The notes under the pieces: generated by a model
Seen by the model: the letters and a program-made list of their open reading frames with translations, nothing else
What the model was told of the DNA's origin: nothing
Databases searched by the model: none
Assembly: GCA_021810565.1 (NCBI GenBank)
Contig: JAJZIM010000002.1
Coordinates: forward strand, 18,429-82,428
Direction of reading: 5' to 3'
Origin: Bacillota bacterium
GTDB lineage: Bacteria; Bacillota; Sulfobacillia; JAJZIM01
DNA length: 64,000 nt
Shown: piece after piece, positions 56,005-64,000 of the stretch
Position numbering within the stretch: position 1 is the stretch's first letter
Layout: each line of letters starts with the position of its first letter
Translations under genes and position numbers: made by a program

Positions 56005-58380
56005 TCAGTGGCTGATGGGCAGCGGACCCTCCAGGCGCTCCTCGGCGGCCGCCGGGATGGCCATGGTCAGCTCGGGCACCAGGGCTCCCCCCAGCACCTG
56101 GTCCATATGCTCCACCAGCACGAAGTGCATCCGCCGGCGCACGTTGGGCGGGATCTCCTCCAGGTCCTTTCGGTTGTCCGCCGGAATGATCATGGTGGTG
56201 ATGCCCGCCCGGTGGGCCGCCAGCACCTTCTCCTTCAACCCGCCGATGGGGAGCACCCGGCCCCGCAGGGTGATCTCCCCGGTCATGGCCACGTCGTGGC
56301 GTACCGGTCGTCCCGACAGGGCCGACACCAGGGCCGTGGCCATGGTGATGCCGGCCGAGGGGCCCTCCTTGGGCGTCGCCCCTTCGGGCACGTGCACGTG
56401 GATGTCGTAATGCTCGTGAAAGTCCTCGGGGATGCCCAGGGTCGCCGCCCGGGACCGGATGTAGCTGAAGCCGGCCTGAGCCGATTCCCGCATGACCTCC
56501 CCCAGCTTGCCGGTCAGGAGCAGGTTCCCCTTGCCCTTCATCACGGAGACCTCGATGGGCATCACGTCGCCCCCCATCTCCGTCCAGTACACCGCCGTGG
56601 CCACACCCACCTCGCTGGCCGTCTCGGCGTAGCCGGTGCGGTAGCGCGGCGCCCCCAGGTAGCGGTGCAGGTTCTGACGGGTGATGCGCACGGGGGGCTT
56701 CTCCCCCTGAACGATGGCCCGGGCCGCCTTGCGGCAAAGGGCCGCCAGCTCCCGCTCCAGGTTGCGCACCCCCGCCTCCCGGGTGTACTCCCCGATCAGG
56801 GTGCGGATGGTGTTGTCGGACACCTCCAGGTCGTGCTCCCCCAGACCGTGCTGGCCCTTCTCCTTGGGCAGGAGGTAGCGCCGGGCGATGCCGATCTTCT
56901 CCTCCTCGGTGTAGCCGGAGATGTTGATGACCTCCATGCGGTCCAGGAGGGGGCGCGGGATGTTGTAGGCGGAGTTGGCGGTGGTGATGAACATGACCTT
57001 GGACAGGTCGTAGGGCAGCTCGATGTAGTGGTCGCTGAAGTTCTGGTTCTGCTCGGGATCCAGGACCTCCAGCAGCGCCGACGAGGGGTCGCCGCGGAAA
57101 TCGGAGGAGAGCTTGTCGACCTCATCCAGCAGGAACACCGGGTTGCGGGAGGCGGCCTGCCGCATGCCCTGGATGATCCGTCCCGGCAGGGCCCCCACGT
57201 AGGTGCGCCGGTGCCCGCGGATCTCCGCCTCGTCCCGCACGCCGCCCAGGGAGATGCGCGCAAAGTGGCGCCCCAGGGCGCGGGCGATGGAGCGGCCCAG
57301 GGAGGTCTTGCCGACCCCCGGCGGCCCCACCAGGCACAGGATGGGACCCTTCATGTTCTTGACCAGCTTGCGGATGGCCAGATACTCCAGGATCCGCTCC
57401 TTGACTTTGGACAGGCCGTAATGGTCCTCCTCCAGAATGCGTTCCGCCTGCGTCAGATCCAACTGGTCCTGAGTCTCCACCTCCCAGGGCAGGGCCAGGA
57501 TCCAATCCAGGTAATTGCGCACCACCACCGCCTCGGCGCTCATGGGCGGCATCTTCTCCAACCGCTCCAGCTCCCGCACGGCCTTCTCCCGGGCTTCCTG
57601 CGGCAGGGCCAGGGACTCGATGCGCGAGCGCAACTCCTCGGTCTCGCTGCCCTTCTCGTCGCGCTCCCCCAGTTCCCGCTGGATGGCCTTGATCTGCTCC
57701 CGCAGGTAGTACTCCCGCTGGGTGCGCTCCATCTGCTTGCGCACCCGCACGTTGATGCGCCGTTCCATCTCCTGCAGTTCCACCTGCCGGTTCAGGATCT
57801 CCTGGACCTTGTCCAGCCGCTCGCGCACCGAGAAGGCCTCCAGCACCGCCTGCTTCTCCTCCGTCCGCACGTCCAGCTGGCTGGTGATGGTGTCCGCCAG
57901 CCGGCCGGGAGACTCCACGCTGAAGTTGGCCAGACCCTCCTGAGCCATCTTCTTGGATGCCTTCATGTACTGCTCGTAGTTGTGCACCAGGCTTCTGGCC
58001 GAGGCCTCCGTCTCCTTGGAGTGGTCCCGCTCCTCCCGCACCTCCCGAATGCGCACGCTGAAATGGGGCTCGGTCTCCAGGTACTCCAGGATCTCCACCC
58101 GGCTGACGCCCTCCACCACCACCTTGAAGGTGCCGCCGGGCAGCTTCACCATCTGCTTGATCTCCGCCAGGGTGCCCACGTCGTAGATATCCTCGGGTCG
58201 AGGGGTGTCGGTGTGCACCTCCCGCTGACTGGCGAACACCAGCAGCCGGTCCCGATCCGCCACCGACTCCAAGGCGCTGATGGACCGCTGCCGGCCCACT
58301 TCCAGGGGCACCACCAGATGGGGAAACGCGAACACCCCGCGCAGGGGTAGCAAAGGATACACGTCCCGCCTGCCGCTCAT
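56005..58380 (-). CDS. lon: ATP-dependent protease Lon (LonA)
   Basis: 791 aa. LON N-domain, AAA+ (GPPGVGKTS), S16 protease (...[19 protein letters not shown]...). Confidence 0.95.
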   Translation of the reverse strand: MSGRRDVYPLLPLRGVFAFPHLVVPLEVGRQRSISALESVADRDRLLVFASQREVHTDTPRPEDIYDVGTLAEIKQMVKLPGGTFKVVVEGVSRVEILEYLETEPHFSVRIREVREERDHSKETEASARSLVHNYEQYMKASKKMAQEGLANFSVESPGRLADTITSQLDVRTEEKQAVLEAFSVRERLDKVQEILNRQVELQEMERRINVRVRKQMERTQREYYLREQIKAIQRELGERDEKGSETEELRSRIESLALPQEAREKAVRELERLEKMPPMSAEAVVVRNYLDWILALPWEVETQDQLDLTQAERILEEDHYGLSKVKERILEYLAIRKLVKNMKGPILCLVGPPGVGKTSLGRSIARALGRHFARISLGGVRDEAEIRGHRRTYVGALPGRIIQGMRQAASRNPVFLLDEVDKLSSDFRGDPSSALLEVLDPEQNQNFSDHYIELPYDLSKVMFITTANSAYNIPRPLLDRMEVINISGYTEEEKIGIARRYLLPKEKGQHGLGEHDLEVSDNTIRTLIGEYTREAGVRNLERELAALCRKAARAIVQGEKPPVRITRQNLHRYLGAPRYRTGYAETASEVGVATAVYWTEMGGDVMPIEVSVMKGKGNLLLTGKLGEVMRESAQAGFSYIRSRAATLGIPEDFHEHYDIHVHVPEGATPKEGPSAGITMATALVSALSGRPVRHDVAMTGEITLRGRVLPIGGLKEKVLAAHRAGITTMIIPADNRKDLEEIPPNVRRRMHFVLVEHMDQVLGGALVPELTMAIPAAAEERLEGPLPISH

Positions 58381-58420
58381 TGCAGATCACCTCGCTAGTT
58401 CCAACGCTCTCACCTCCTCC

Positions 58421-58429
58421 ATTTTAACA
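58421..58429 (-). promoter_or_regulatory. extended -10 (TGTTAAAAT) candidate promoter for lon
   Basis: Minus strand ...tatgTGtTAAAATggaggaggtg... ~40 nt upstream of the lon ATG. The -35 is weak. Confidence 0.4.
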
Positions 58430-58506
58430 TAGACGGGCCGGAAAAGCTCCTGGCAACCATCCCTCGTTCGATGGCAAAAGCTGCCCCCGGGGGCGAAGCT
58501 ATGGCC

Positions 58507-60183
58507 TCAATGGAAACTCACCGGGGCCGCACTGGCCGGCAGCGGCGCGTTAGCGCCCGGCACCGCCGCCGGACGCAGCAAGGCCGCCTCCAGCACCTCC
58601 TGGAAGGTGCCCACCGGGATCACCTGCATCCCGTCGCCGCGCGACGACTCCGGCCTGTTTTCTCGGGGGATCAGCACCCGCTGGGCCCCGGCCCGCCGCG
58701 CCGCCTCCAACTTGGCCGGGATCCCCCCTACCGCCTTCACCAGGCCCTGCACCGACAGCTCCCCCGTGAGGGCCACCCGGTTGTCGACCGCCTGGCCGAC
58801 GACGGCCGAGTAGACCCCCAGCGCCATGGCGACCCCGGCCGACGGACCGTCCACCGGCGTGCCGCCGGGGAAGTTGATGTGTATGTGGTAATCCGTGGGA
58901 TCCCGCGGCAGGTAGCGGCGCAGCACCGTGAGCACGTTCTCCACGGCGGTTCTGGCCGTGCCGCGCCGCTTCAGCCGGCGGCCCGGCGCACCGGTCTCCT
59001 CCTCGTCCACCACCCCCGTCACGGCCAAGGTACCGCACCCCGGCGTCGCCTCCCCGGCGACCACCTCCAGCTCCAGCAGCGCCCCCAAGTTCGGCCCGTA
59101 CACCGCCAGGGCATTCACCCGCCCCACCTGAGGGCGCTCCGGCACCCGCCGCTCCGGCCGCGGCTGGTACTGGCCGTGGTTGACCACCCACTCCAGCGCC
59201 GCCGCTCCCACCCGTCCCCGAGCGGCGGTCTCCTCCAGGCCCGCCGCCAACTGCACGATGTTCACGGCCTCCCGCCCGTTTACGGCATAGCGCCGCACCA
59301 CCTCCAGGGCCGCCGGCTCCAGGGGGCAGGCCACCTTCCGCCCGGCCGCTTCCGCGATGCGGCCCACCTCCTCCGGCGCAAGCTGGCGGAAGAACACCTC
59401 CACGCAGCGGGAGCGCAAGGCGCTCGGCAGCTCGGAGGGCATGCGGGTGGTGGCGCCCACCATGCGAAAATCCGCCGGCAGCCCCCGGTCGAACAGGTCC
59501 TTGATGTGCCCCGGCACGGCGGGATCCTCGGCGTTGTAGTAGGCGCTCTCCAAGAAAACCTTGCGGTCCTCCAGCACCTTCAGGAGCTTGTTCATCTGGA
59601 TGGGATGCAGCTCCCCGATCTCGTCGATGAACAGGACCCCCCCGTGGGCCCGGGTCACGGCCCCCGGCTTGGGCTGGGGCACGCCCGCCATGCCCAGCGG
59701 CCCCGCCCCCTGGTATATGGGGTCGTGCACCGAGCCCAGCAGGGGATCGGCGATGCCCCGCTCGTCGAAGCGCGCCGTGGTGGCGTCGATCTCCACGAAC
59801 CTGGCGGCTTCCTTGAAGGGAGAGCGCGGGTTGCGCTTGGCCTCCTCCAGGATGAGCCGGGCCGCGGCCGTCTTGCCCACCCCCGGCGGGCCATACACCA
59901 GGACGTGCTGCGGATTGGGACCGCAAAGGGCCGCCCGCAGGGCCCGGATCCCCTCCTCCTGCCCCACCACCTCGGCCAGGGAAGCCGGCCGCGTCTTCTC
60001 CGCCAGGGGCTCAGTCAAGGAGATCTCCCGCAGCCGGCGCCATTTCTCCCGCTCCTTGCGCGACTCCCGCTCCACCGCCGTCCGGGTGCCCTGCTGGCCG
60101 CGCAGCAGGTTCCAGAAGTACAGGCCGACCACCACGGCGAAGAACAACTGCACGAAGGTGACCAACTCGCCCGCCCAGTTCAC
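58507..60183 (-). CDS. lonB: sporulation-type membrane-anchored Lon-like protease LonB
   Basis: Track ORF trimmed to a GTG start (V81; [14 protein letters not shown] + 7 nt): (M)NWAGELVTFVQLFFAVVVGLYFWNLL... (compare B. subtilis LonB MSWTGIALFIQLFFGIIIGLYFWNLL). AAA+ [15 protein letters not shown]16 DGPSAGVAMAL. Confidence 0.9.
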   Translation of the reverse strand: MNWAGELVTFVQLFFAVVVGLYFWNLLRGQQGTRTAVERESRKEREKWRRLREISLTEPLAEKTRPASLAEVVGQEEGIRALRAALCGPNPQHVLVYGPPGVGKTAAARLILEEAKRNPRSPFKEAARFVEIDATTARFDERGIADPLLGSVHDPIYQGAGPLGMAGVPQPKPGAVTRAHGGVLFIDEIGELHPIQMNKLLKVLEDRKVFLESAYYNAEDPAVPGHIKDLFDRGLPADFRMVGATTRMPSELPSALRSRCVEVFFRQLAPEEVGRIAEAAGRKVACPLEPAALEVVRRYAVNGREAVNIVQLAAGLEETAARGRVGAAALEWVVNHGQYQPRPERRVPERPQVGRVNALAVYGPNLGALLELEVVAGEATPGCGTLAVTGVVDEEETGAPGRRLKRRGTARTAVENVLTVLRRYLPRDPTDYHIHINFPGGTPVDGPSAGVAMALGVYSAVVGQAVDNRVALTGELSVQGLVKAVGGIPAKLEAARRAGAQRVLIPRENRPESSRGDGMQVIPVGTFQEVLEAALLRPAAVPGANAPLPASAAPVSFH

Positions 60184-60215
60184 GCCAAGCCCTCCCTCCC
60201 GTAATTTGCGCCGTT

Positions 60216-60245
60216 TAGTATGTCCCGGCCCGCAAGGGAAAATGC
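60216..60245 (-). promoter_or_regulatory. candidate forespore (sigmaF/sigmaG-type) promoter of lonB
   Basis: Minus strand GCATT - 18 nt - CATACTA (compare sigmaG GHATR-N18-CATXHTA), ~35 nt upstream of the lonB GTG. Confidence 0.35.
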
Positions 60246-60440
60246 CGCATAGGCCTTGACAGGACGGGCCGGGCAAGGCGATAATGGAGCGTGGGAATAG
60301 GCGGAACCTTGTATCATGCACGAAAAATCTGTCCCGCCTTAGGCGGGCAACCCGTCGCGGCCCGGCCGCGGGAAGGAGGGGCGATGCGTCCCGGCCGAGG
60401 GACCTCGAGCGGGAAAAAAGCAAGTGAGGTGGCTTATTCC

Positions 60441-61112
60441 ATGGGGTGGAGGAGATGGACCCTGGTCCTGTCCGGCTCGATCCTGCTGACCCTGCTCCTG
60501 GGCGGCCTGGTTTTCGCCGCCAAGGCGCCGCCGCAGTTGACGGCGGCCATCGGCGCGGTCGGCGCGGCCAAGGCCGTGGTGCCCCTGATGCTCACCGGTG
60601 CCTTCTTCATCATGGCCAACGCCATGCTGCACCTGAACCCCGAGCGCACCAAAGTCTCGGTGGCCTCCGTGGGCACGGTGGGCATCGTCGCCGGTCTCAT
60701 CTTTCTAGCCAACCTGTTCGTGATGATGCTGACCAACTTCACCGGCGTGGCCTCGCCCTCGAACCTCGGTCCCCTGACCAACTTCGTCGGCGGTCTGGCC
60801 ACCATGTACGGCTTCTTCTTCCTGGTGGTGGGCCTGAACCAGCTGCTGGGCCTCAAGCACAACGTGCTGGGCCCCATCGCCATCCTGATCGCCTTCCTGA
60901 CCCTGGGCTACGCCTGGATGTTCTTCGCCGCCGGTTGGTACTACCACATGACCATAGCCCTGGTGTGGTTCGTGGCCATGCTCTTCGCCGGCCTTTTTCA
61001 GGTGGGCAAGCTCTCCGAGAAGACCCTGGGCTACTGGCTGCTGTTCACCGCGGTGTGGACCTTCGCCATCCCCGGCTTCATCTGGGCCTCGTCCATGCCG
61101 GGCGCGTTCTAG
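60441..61112 (+). CDS. AmiS/UreI-family-like membrane channel protein
   Basis: Track ORF 60291.. trimmed to M51 (RBS GTGAGGTGG upstream): MGWRRWTLVLSGSILL..., 6 TM. Motifs NFVGGLATMY and FAIPGFIWAS resemble UreI NFFVGGLS / AWIPAWLLF. Confidence 0.5.
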   Translation: MGWRRWTLVLSGSILLTLLLGGLVFAAKAPPQLTAAIGAVGAAKAVVPLMLTGAFFIMANAMLHLNPERTKVSVASVGTVGIVAGLIFLANLFVMMLTNFTGVASPSNLGPLTNFVGGLATMYGFFFLVVGLNQLLGLKHNVLGPIAILIAFLTLGYAWMFFAAGWYYHMTIALVWFVAMLFAGLFQVGKLSEKTLGYWLLFTAVWTFAIPGFIWASSMPGAF

Positions 61113-61133
61113 CCTGAGAGGAGGAGAGTAGAT

Positions 61134-61307
61134 ATGTGGGCAGTGCCCTTCCCCGTGAGCATCGGCATGTGGCTGGTGGTCATCGGGTGGTTGGTGGCGA
61201 TGTGGGCCATGTTCGGCCAACTGGGGCGGGAGAATTTCGACGCCAGCAACGAGACCAGCCTGGCCAAACACTCCGCCAGCCAAGGCAAAGGCTTGGGCGC
61301 CTGAGCG
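61134..61307 (+). CDS. unannotated 57-aa small membrane peptide
   Basis: ATG at 61134 preceded by GAGAGGAGGAGAG (5-nt spacer): MWAVPFPVSIGMWLVVIGWLVAMWAMFGQLGRENFDASNETSLAKHSASQGKGLGA*. Missing from the ORF track (<60 aa). The track's overlapping 61136 GTG frame is low-complexity. Confidence 0.5.
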
Positions 61308-61416
61308 CGGAAAGATAGCCCCTGAACCGATCGAGGGCCCCCGGTGTCAACCGGGGGCCCTTCCTGATCTGGTGACCGGGGCACGGGGGCAGGTCTGGGC
61401 AGGGAGGTCGATCCGG

Positions 61417-61896
61417 GTGATCACGCCCGAACTCTTGGAGCGCTGGGGAACCAGCCGCGGGGAACTTTCCTGGTTCGCCGCCCGTTTCGGGACGGCCACC
61501 GCTCTTTTGCCCCTGGCGGAGGCTTTGGCGTCCGAGGGCCGCTTCCATTGGCTGCGTCGGATATACCGGGGGTACCTGGACCAGTTGGAACCCGGACCGG
61601 CGGCGGACCTGGCGGTATTCGCCGCCTCGCTGGTGGTGGAAGACTCCTCCGGCGACCTGGAGCACGTCTCCCCCGCCGATCCCGGATACCACACCGCCGG
61701 CGCGGCCCTTTTCGCCCTGCAGGCCGCGGCTAGAGCCGAGACGGGGCAGGAGGGGCAGGTGGTGACCTGGTCCTTGACCGCCGCCGAGTTCGCCGCCGAC
61801 GCCGTGGCGGCCCAAGCCGACATGCGCGAGGTGGCGGCCTTCTGGCTGATGCTCTTCCGGCGCCTAAGCTTCCTCAGGCCGGCCCTGCCGCCTTGA
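61417..61896 (+). CDS. hypothetical protein
   Basis: Track ORF 61372..61896. Likelier start is GTG at ~61417 (RBS GGGAGG upstream): (M)ITPELLERWGTSRGELSWFAARFG... No family recognised. Confidence 0.4.
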   Translation: MITPELLERWGTSRGELSWFAARFGTATALLPLAEALASEGRFHWLRRIYRGYLDQLEPGPAADLAVFAASLVVEDSSGDLEHVSPADPGYHTAGAALFALQAAARAETGQEGQVVTWSLTAAEFAADAVAAQADMREVAAFWLMLFRRLSFLRPALPP

Positions 61897-62533
61897 CCCC
61901 CGTGACCACCGCCCAGCGGCCCACCGATCGCACCGCCACCTCCTGAAAGCCCGCCGCCGTGGCCTGCTCCCGCAGCTGGGCGGCACCGTACGGACCGGCC
62001 CCGTGGGCACCCCGCAGGGGCGGGGCCAGCCGGGTCAGGGCGTTCGTCTGGAAGTCGCTGACCAAGACCCTGCCGCCCGGGCGCAGCAGCCGGTGGGCCT
62101 CCGCCCACAACCCCCCGGGGTCGGACAGCTCGTGCAGCACATTGTTGGAGTAGACCAGGTCCGCCGCGCCGGAGGGAAGTCCGGTCTTGGTGACTGAGGA
62201 GCGCGTCAGCGTCAGGCGCTCGGCAAGGCCCCGCCGCCTAGCCCGCGCCGCCGCCTGGCGCAGCATCTCGGAAGACAGGTCAACCCCCAGCACCCGGCCC
62301 TGCGGCAAGCGCGCCGCCACCCGCAGGGCAAAGTATCCCGAACCCACCCCCAAGTCCACCGCCGTGACCGCCCCCGGACAGGCGGCCACCTCCCGCTCCA
62401 GGCAGGGCCAGGGATCCCCCAGGAGCCAGCGCTCCAAGCCGCGACGCAGGGGGCCCGCCAGGAACCGCCCCCCCAGCTTACCTTTCAAGCCCTCCCAGGT
62501 GGAACGCTCCACGCCCATCCCTCCCCAGGGCAA
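61874..62533 (-). CDS. class I SAM-dependent methyltransferase
   Basis: ...VTAVDLGVGSGYFALRVAARLPQGRVLGVDLSSEMLRQA...LVYSNNVLHELSDP...GGRVLVSD (motifs I, post-I, II, III). Confidence 0.8.
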   Translation of the reverse strand: MPWGGMGVERSTWEGLKGKLGGRFLAGPLRRGLERWLLGDPWPCLEREVAACPGAVTAVDLGVGSGYFALRVAARLPQGRVLGVDLSSEMLRQAAARARRRGLAERLTLTRSSVTKTGLPSGAADLVYSNNVLHELSDPGGLWAEAHRLLRPGGRVLVSDFQTNALTRLAPPLRGAHGAGPYGAAQLREQATAAGFQEVAVRSVGRWAVVTGVKAAGPA

Positions 62534-62563
62534 GGCCCCGGGGCTGCCCCCGGGGCCGACCGG

Positions 62564-63835
62564 TCAGGCCGTCTCCTCGTGGTGCTTCTTGCGCGGCACC
62601 TTGCGGTCCACCGTCACCAGCAGGGGCTCTTCCCGCTTGGTGACCACCTCGCGGGTGACGATGCACTTGGACACGTCGTCGCGGGAGGGCACATCGTACA
62701 TCACGTCCAGCATGATGTCCTCGATGATGGCCCTAAGGCCCCGCGCCCCGGTGTTGCGGCTCATGGCCTCCCGGGCGATGTTGCGGATGGCGTCCTCCTT
62801 GAACTCCAGGTCCAGCCCGTCCAGCTCGAATAGCTTCTGGTACTGCTTCACCAGCGCGTTGCGCGGCTCCAGCAGGATGCGCACCAGATCGCTCTCGTCC
62901 AAGGCATCCAGGGTCACGATGATGGGCAGGCGTCCCACGAACTCCGGGATCAGCCCGAATTTCAGGAGGTCCTCGGGCAGCACATGGCGCAGGATCTCCC
63001 CGATCTTCTTGTCACCCTTGCTGCGCACGTCGGCCCCGAAGCCCAGGCCCTTCTTGCCCACGCGGTTCTGGATGATCTTGTCCACCCCGTCGAAGGCCCC
63101 GCCGCAGACGAACAGGATGTTGGTGGTGTCGATCTGGATAAACTCTTGGTGCGGGTGCTTGCGGCCACCCTGGGGCGGCACGCTGGCCACCGTCCCCTCC
63201 AGGATCTTCAGCAGCGCCTGCTGCACTCCCTCCCCCGACACGTCCCGGGTGATGGAGGGGTTCTCGGACTTGCGGGCGATCTTATCCACCTCGTCGATGT
63301 AGACGATGCCCTTCTCGGCCTTCTCGATGTCGTAGTCGGCGGCCTGGATCAGTTTTAGGAGGATGTTCTCCACGTCCTCCCCCACGTAGCCCGCCTCGGT
63401 CAGGGAGGTGGCGTCGGCCATAGCGAAGGGAACGTTCAGGATCCGCGCCAGGGTCTGAGCCAGGAGCGTCTTGCCGCAGCCGGTGGGACCCAGCATGACG
63501 ATGTTGGACTTCTGCAGCTCCACGTCGTCCACCTTGCTGCCGGTGTTGATCCGCTTGTAGTGGTTGTAGACCGCCACCGCCAGCGTGCGCTTGGCCCGCT
63601 CCTGGCCGATGACGTACTGGTCCAGGACATCCTTGATCTCCCGCGGCTTGGGCACGTCCTTCAACTCGAAGTCCATGTCCTCGTTCAGCTCTTCGTCGAT
63701 GATCTCGCTGCAAAGCTCGATGCACTCGTCGCAGATGTACACGCCCGGGCCGGCGATCAGCCGCTTCACCTGGTCCTGATACTTTCCGCAAAAGGAGCAT
63801 TTGAGCTGCCCTTTGTCGTCGGTGAACTTGAACAC
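62564..63835 (-). CDS. clpX: ATP-dependent Clp protease ATP-binding subunit ClpX
   Basis: [42 protein letters not shown] (C4 zinc finger) ...[17 protein letters not shown]... Confidence 0.95.
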   Translation of the reverse strand: MFKFTDDKGQLKCSFCGKYQDQVKRLIAGPGVYICDECIELCSEIIDEELNEDMDFELKDVPKPREIKDVLDQYVIGQERAKRTLAVAVYNHYKRINTGSKVDDVELQKSNIVMLGPTGCGKTLLAQTLARILNVPFAMADATSLTEAGYVGEDVENILLKLIQAADYDIEKAEKGIVYIDEVDKIARKSENPSITRDVSGEGVQQALLKILEGTVASVPPQGGRKHPHQEFIQIDTTNILFVCGGAFDGVDKIIQNRVGKKGLGFGADVRSKGDKKIGEILRHVLPEDLLKFGLIPEFVGRLPIIVTLDALDESDLVRILLEPRNALVKQYQKLFELDGLDLEFKEDAIRNIAREAMSRNTGARGLRAIIEDIMLDVMYDVPSRDDVSKCIVTREVVTKREEPLLVTVDRKVPRKKHHEETA

Positions 63836-63880
63836 TTCTACGCCCCCCTTAATGGCGTGTCCGGGACCCGTGCCTCATGC

Positions 63881-64000
63881 CTACTGTGCAGCCGCCTTCG
63901 TCCTGATCTGGGACATCATGACCTCGTCGATCAGCCCGTATTCCTTGGCCTCCTCCACGGACATGAACTTGTCCCGCTCGGTGTCTTCGACGATCTGCTC
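63881..64000 (-). CDS. clpP: ATP-dependent Clp protease proteolytic subunit ClpP, C-terminal 39 aa (5' part beyond window)
   Basis: Manual translation: EQIVEDTERDKFMSVEEAKEYGLIDEVMMSQIRTKAAAQ*. clpP-clpX order. Confidence 0.8.
   Translation of the reverse strand, partial: EQIVEDTERDKFMSVEEAKEYGLIDEVMMSQIRTKAAAQ

Noticed and set aside
53756-56410. 884-aa plus-strand ORF spanning padR/MFS/lon region
   Set aside because: Overlaps three well-supported genes on both strands. Composition is low-complexity G/R/P/A.
1-64000. CRISPR arrays, rRNA genes, integrase/recombinase genes
   Set aside because: I searched visually for short regularly spaced direct repeats and rRNA-like conserved stretches and saw none. 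The only mobile-element signal is the solo tnpB.

Overview
The window is high-GC DNA (about 68-70% by eye, codon third positions almost always G/C). It looks like a Firmicute-type thermophile and endospore-former, Symbiobacterium-like, although the heat-shock locus is organised the HspR/Actinobacteria way. Nearly all real genes lie on the minus strand. Many of the long ORFs in the six-frame track are high-GC artefacts, either antisense readthrough or N-terminal overextension. I therefore re-derived starts, often GTG/TTG with a good RBS, and report trimmed coordinates. Minus-strand layout, read from high to low coordinate: clpP (partial), clpX, a SAM-MTase, an AmiS/UreI-like membrane protein (+), lonB with a sigmaF/G-type promoter, lon, an MFS transporter and padR (+), a GT2-MTase-GNAT trio, spoVB (+), valS with a T-box leader and folC, doxX, an MTase pseudogene fragment, an MNT/HEPN toxin-antitoxin pair, tRNA-Ser(GCT) (+), an HspR-type heat-shock super-operon hspR-dnaK-hsp20-grpE-cbpA/dnaJ-clpB, a solo TnpB (IS200/IS605 OrfB) element, then maf-radC-mreBCD-minCDE-rodA. 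After that comes a ~23 kb, 22-gene co-directional glycosylation locus (5213-27908) holding at least 14 glycosyltransferases. It has an internal segmental duplication, four paralogous small GT2s, two Rmd-like reductases, an NDP-sugar pyrophosphorylase, a 654-aa orphan protein and two tandem-repeat DUF3794/SPOCS-like coat-type proteins, with no Wzx/Wzy or priming transferase. I think this locus is the most interesting system in the window: a probable mother-cell-type spore-surface (crust-like) glycan or protein-glycosylation system. The window ends with a permease, udg, thiL and the tsaE-tsaB-rimI-tsaD operon.
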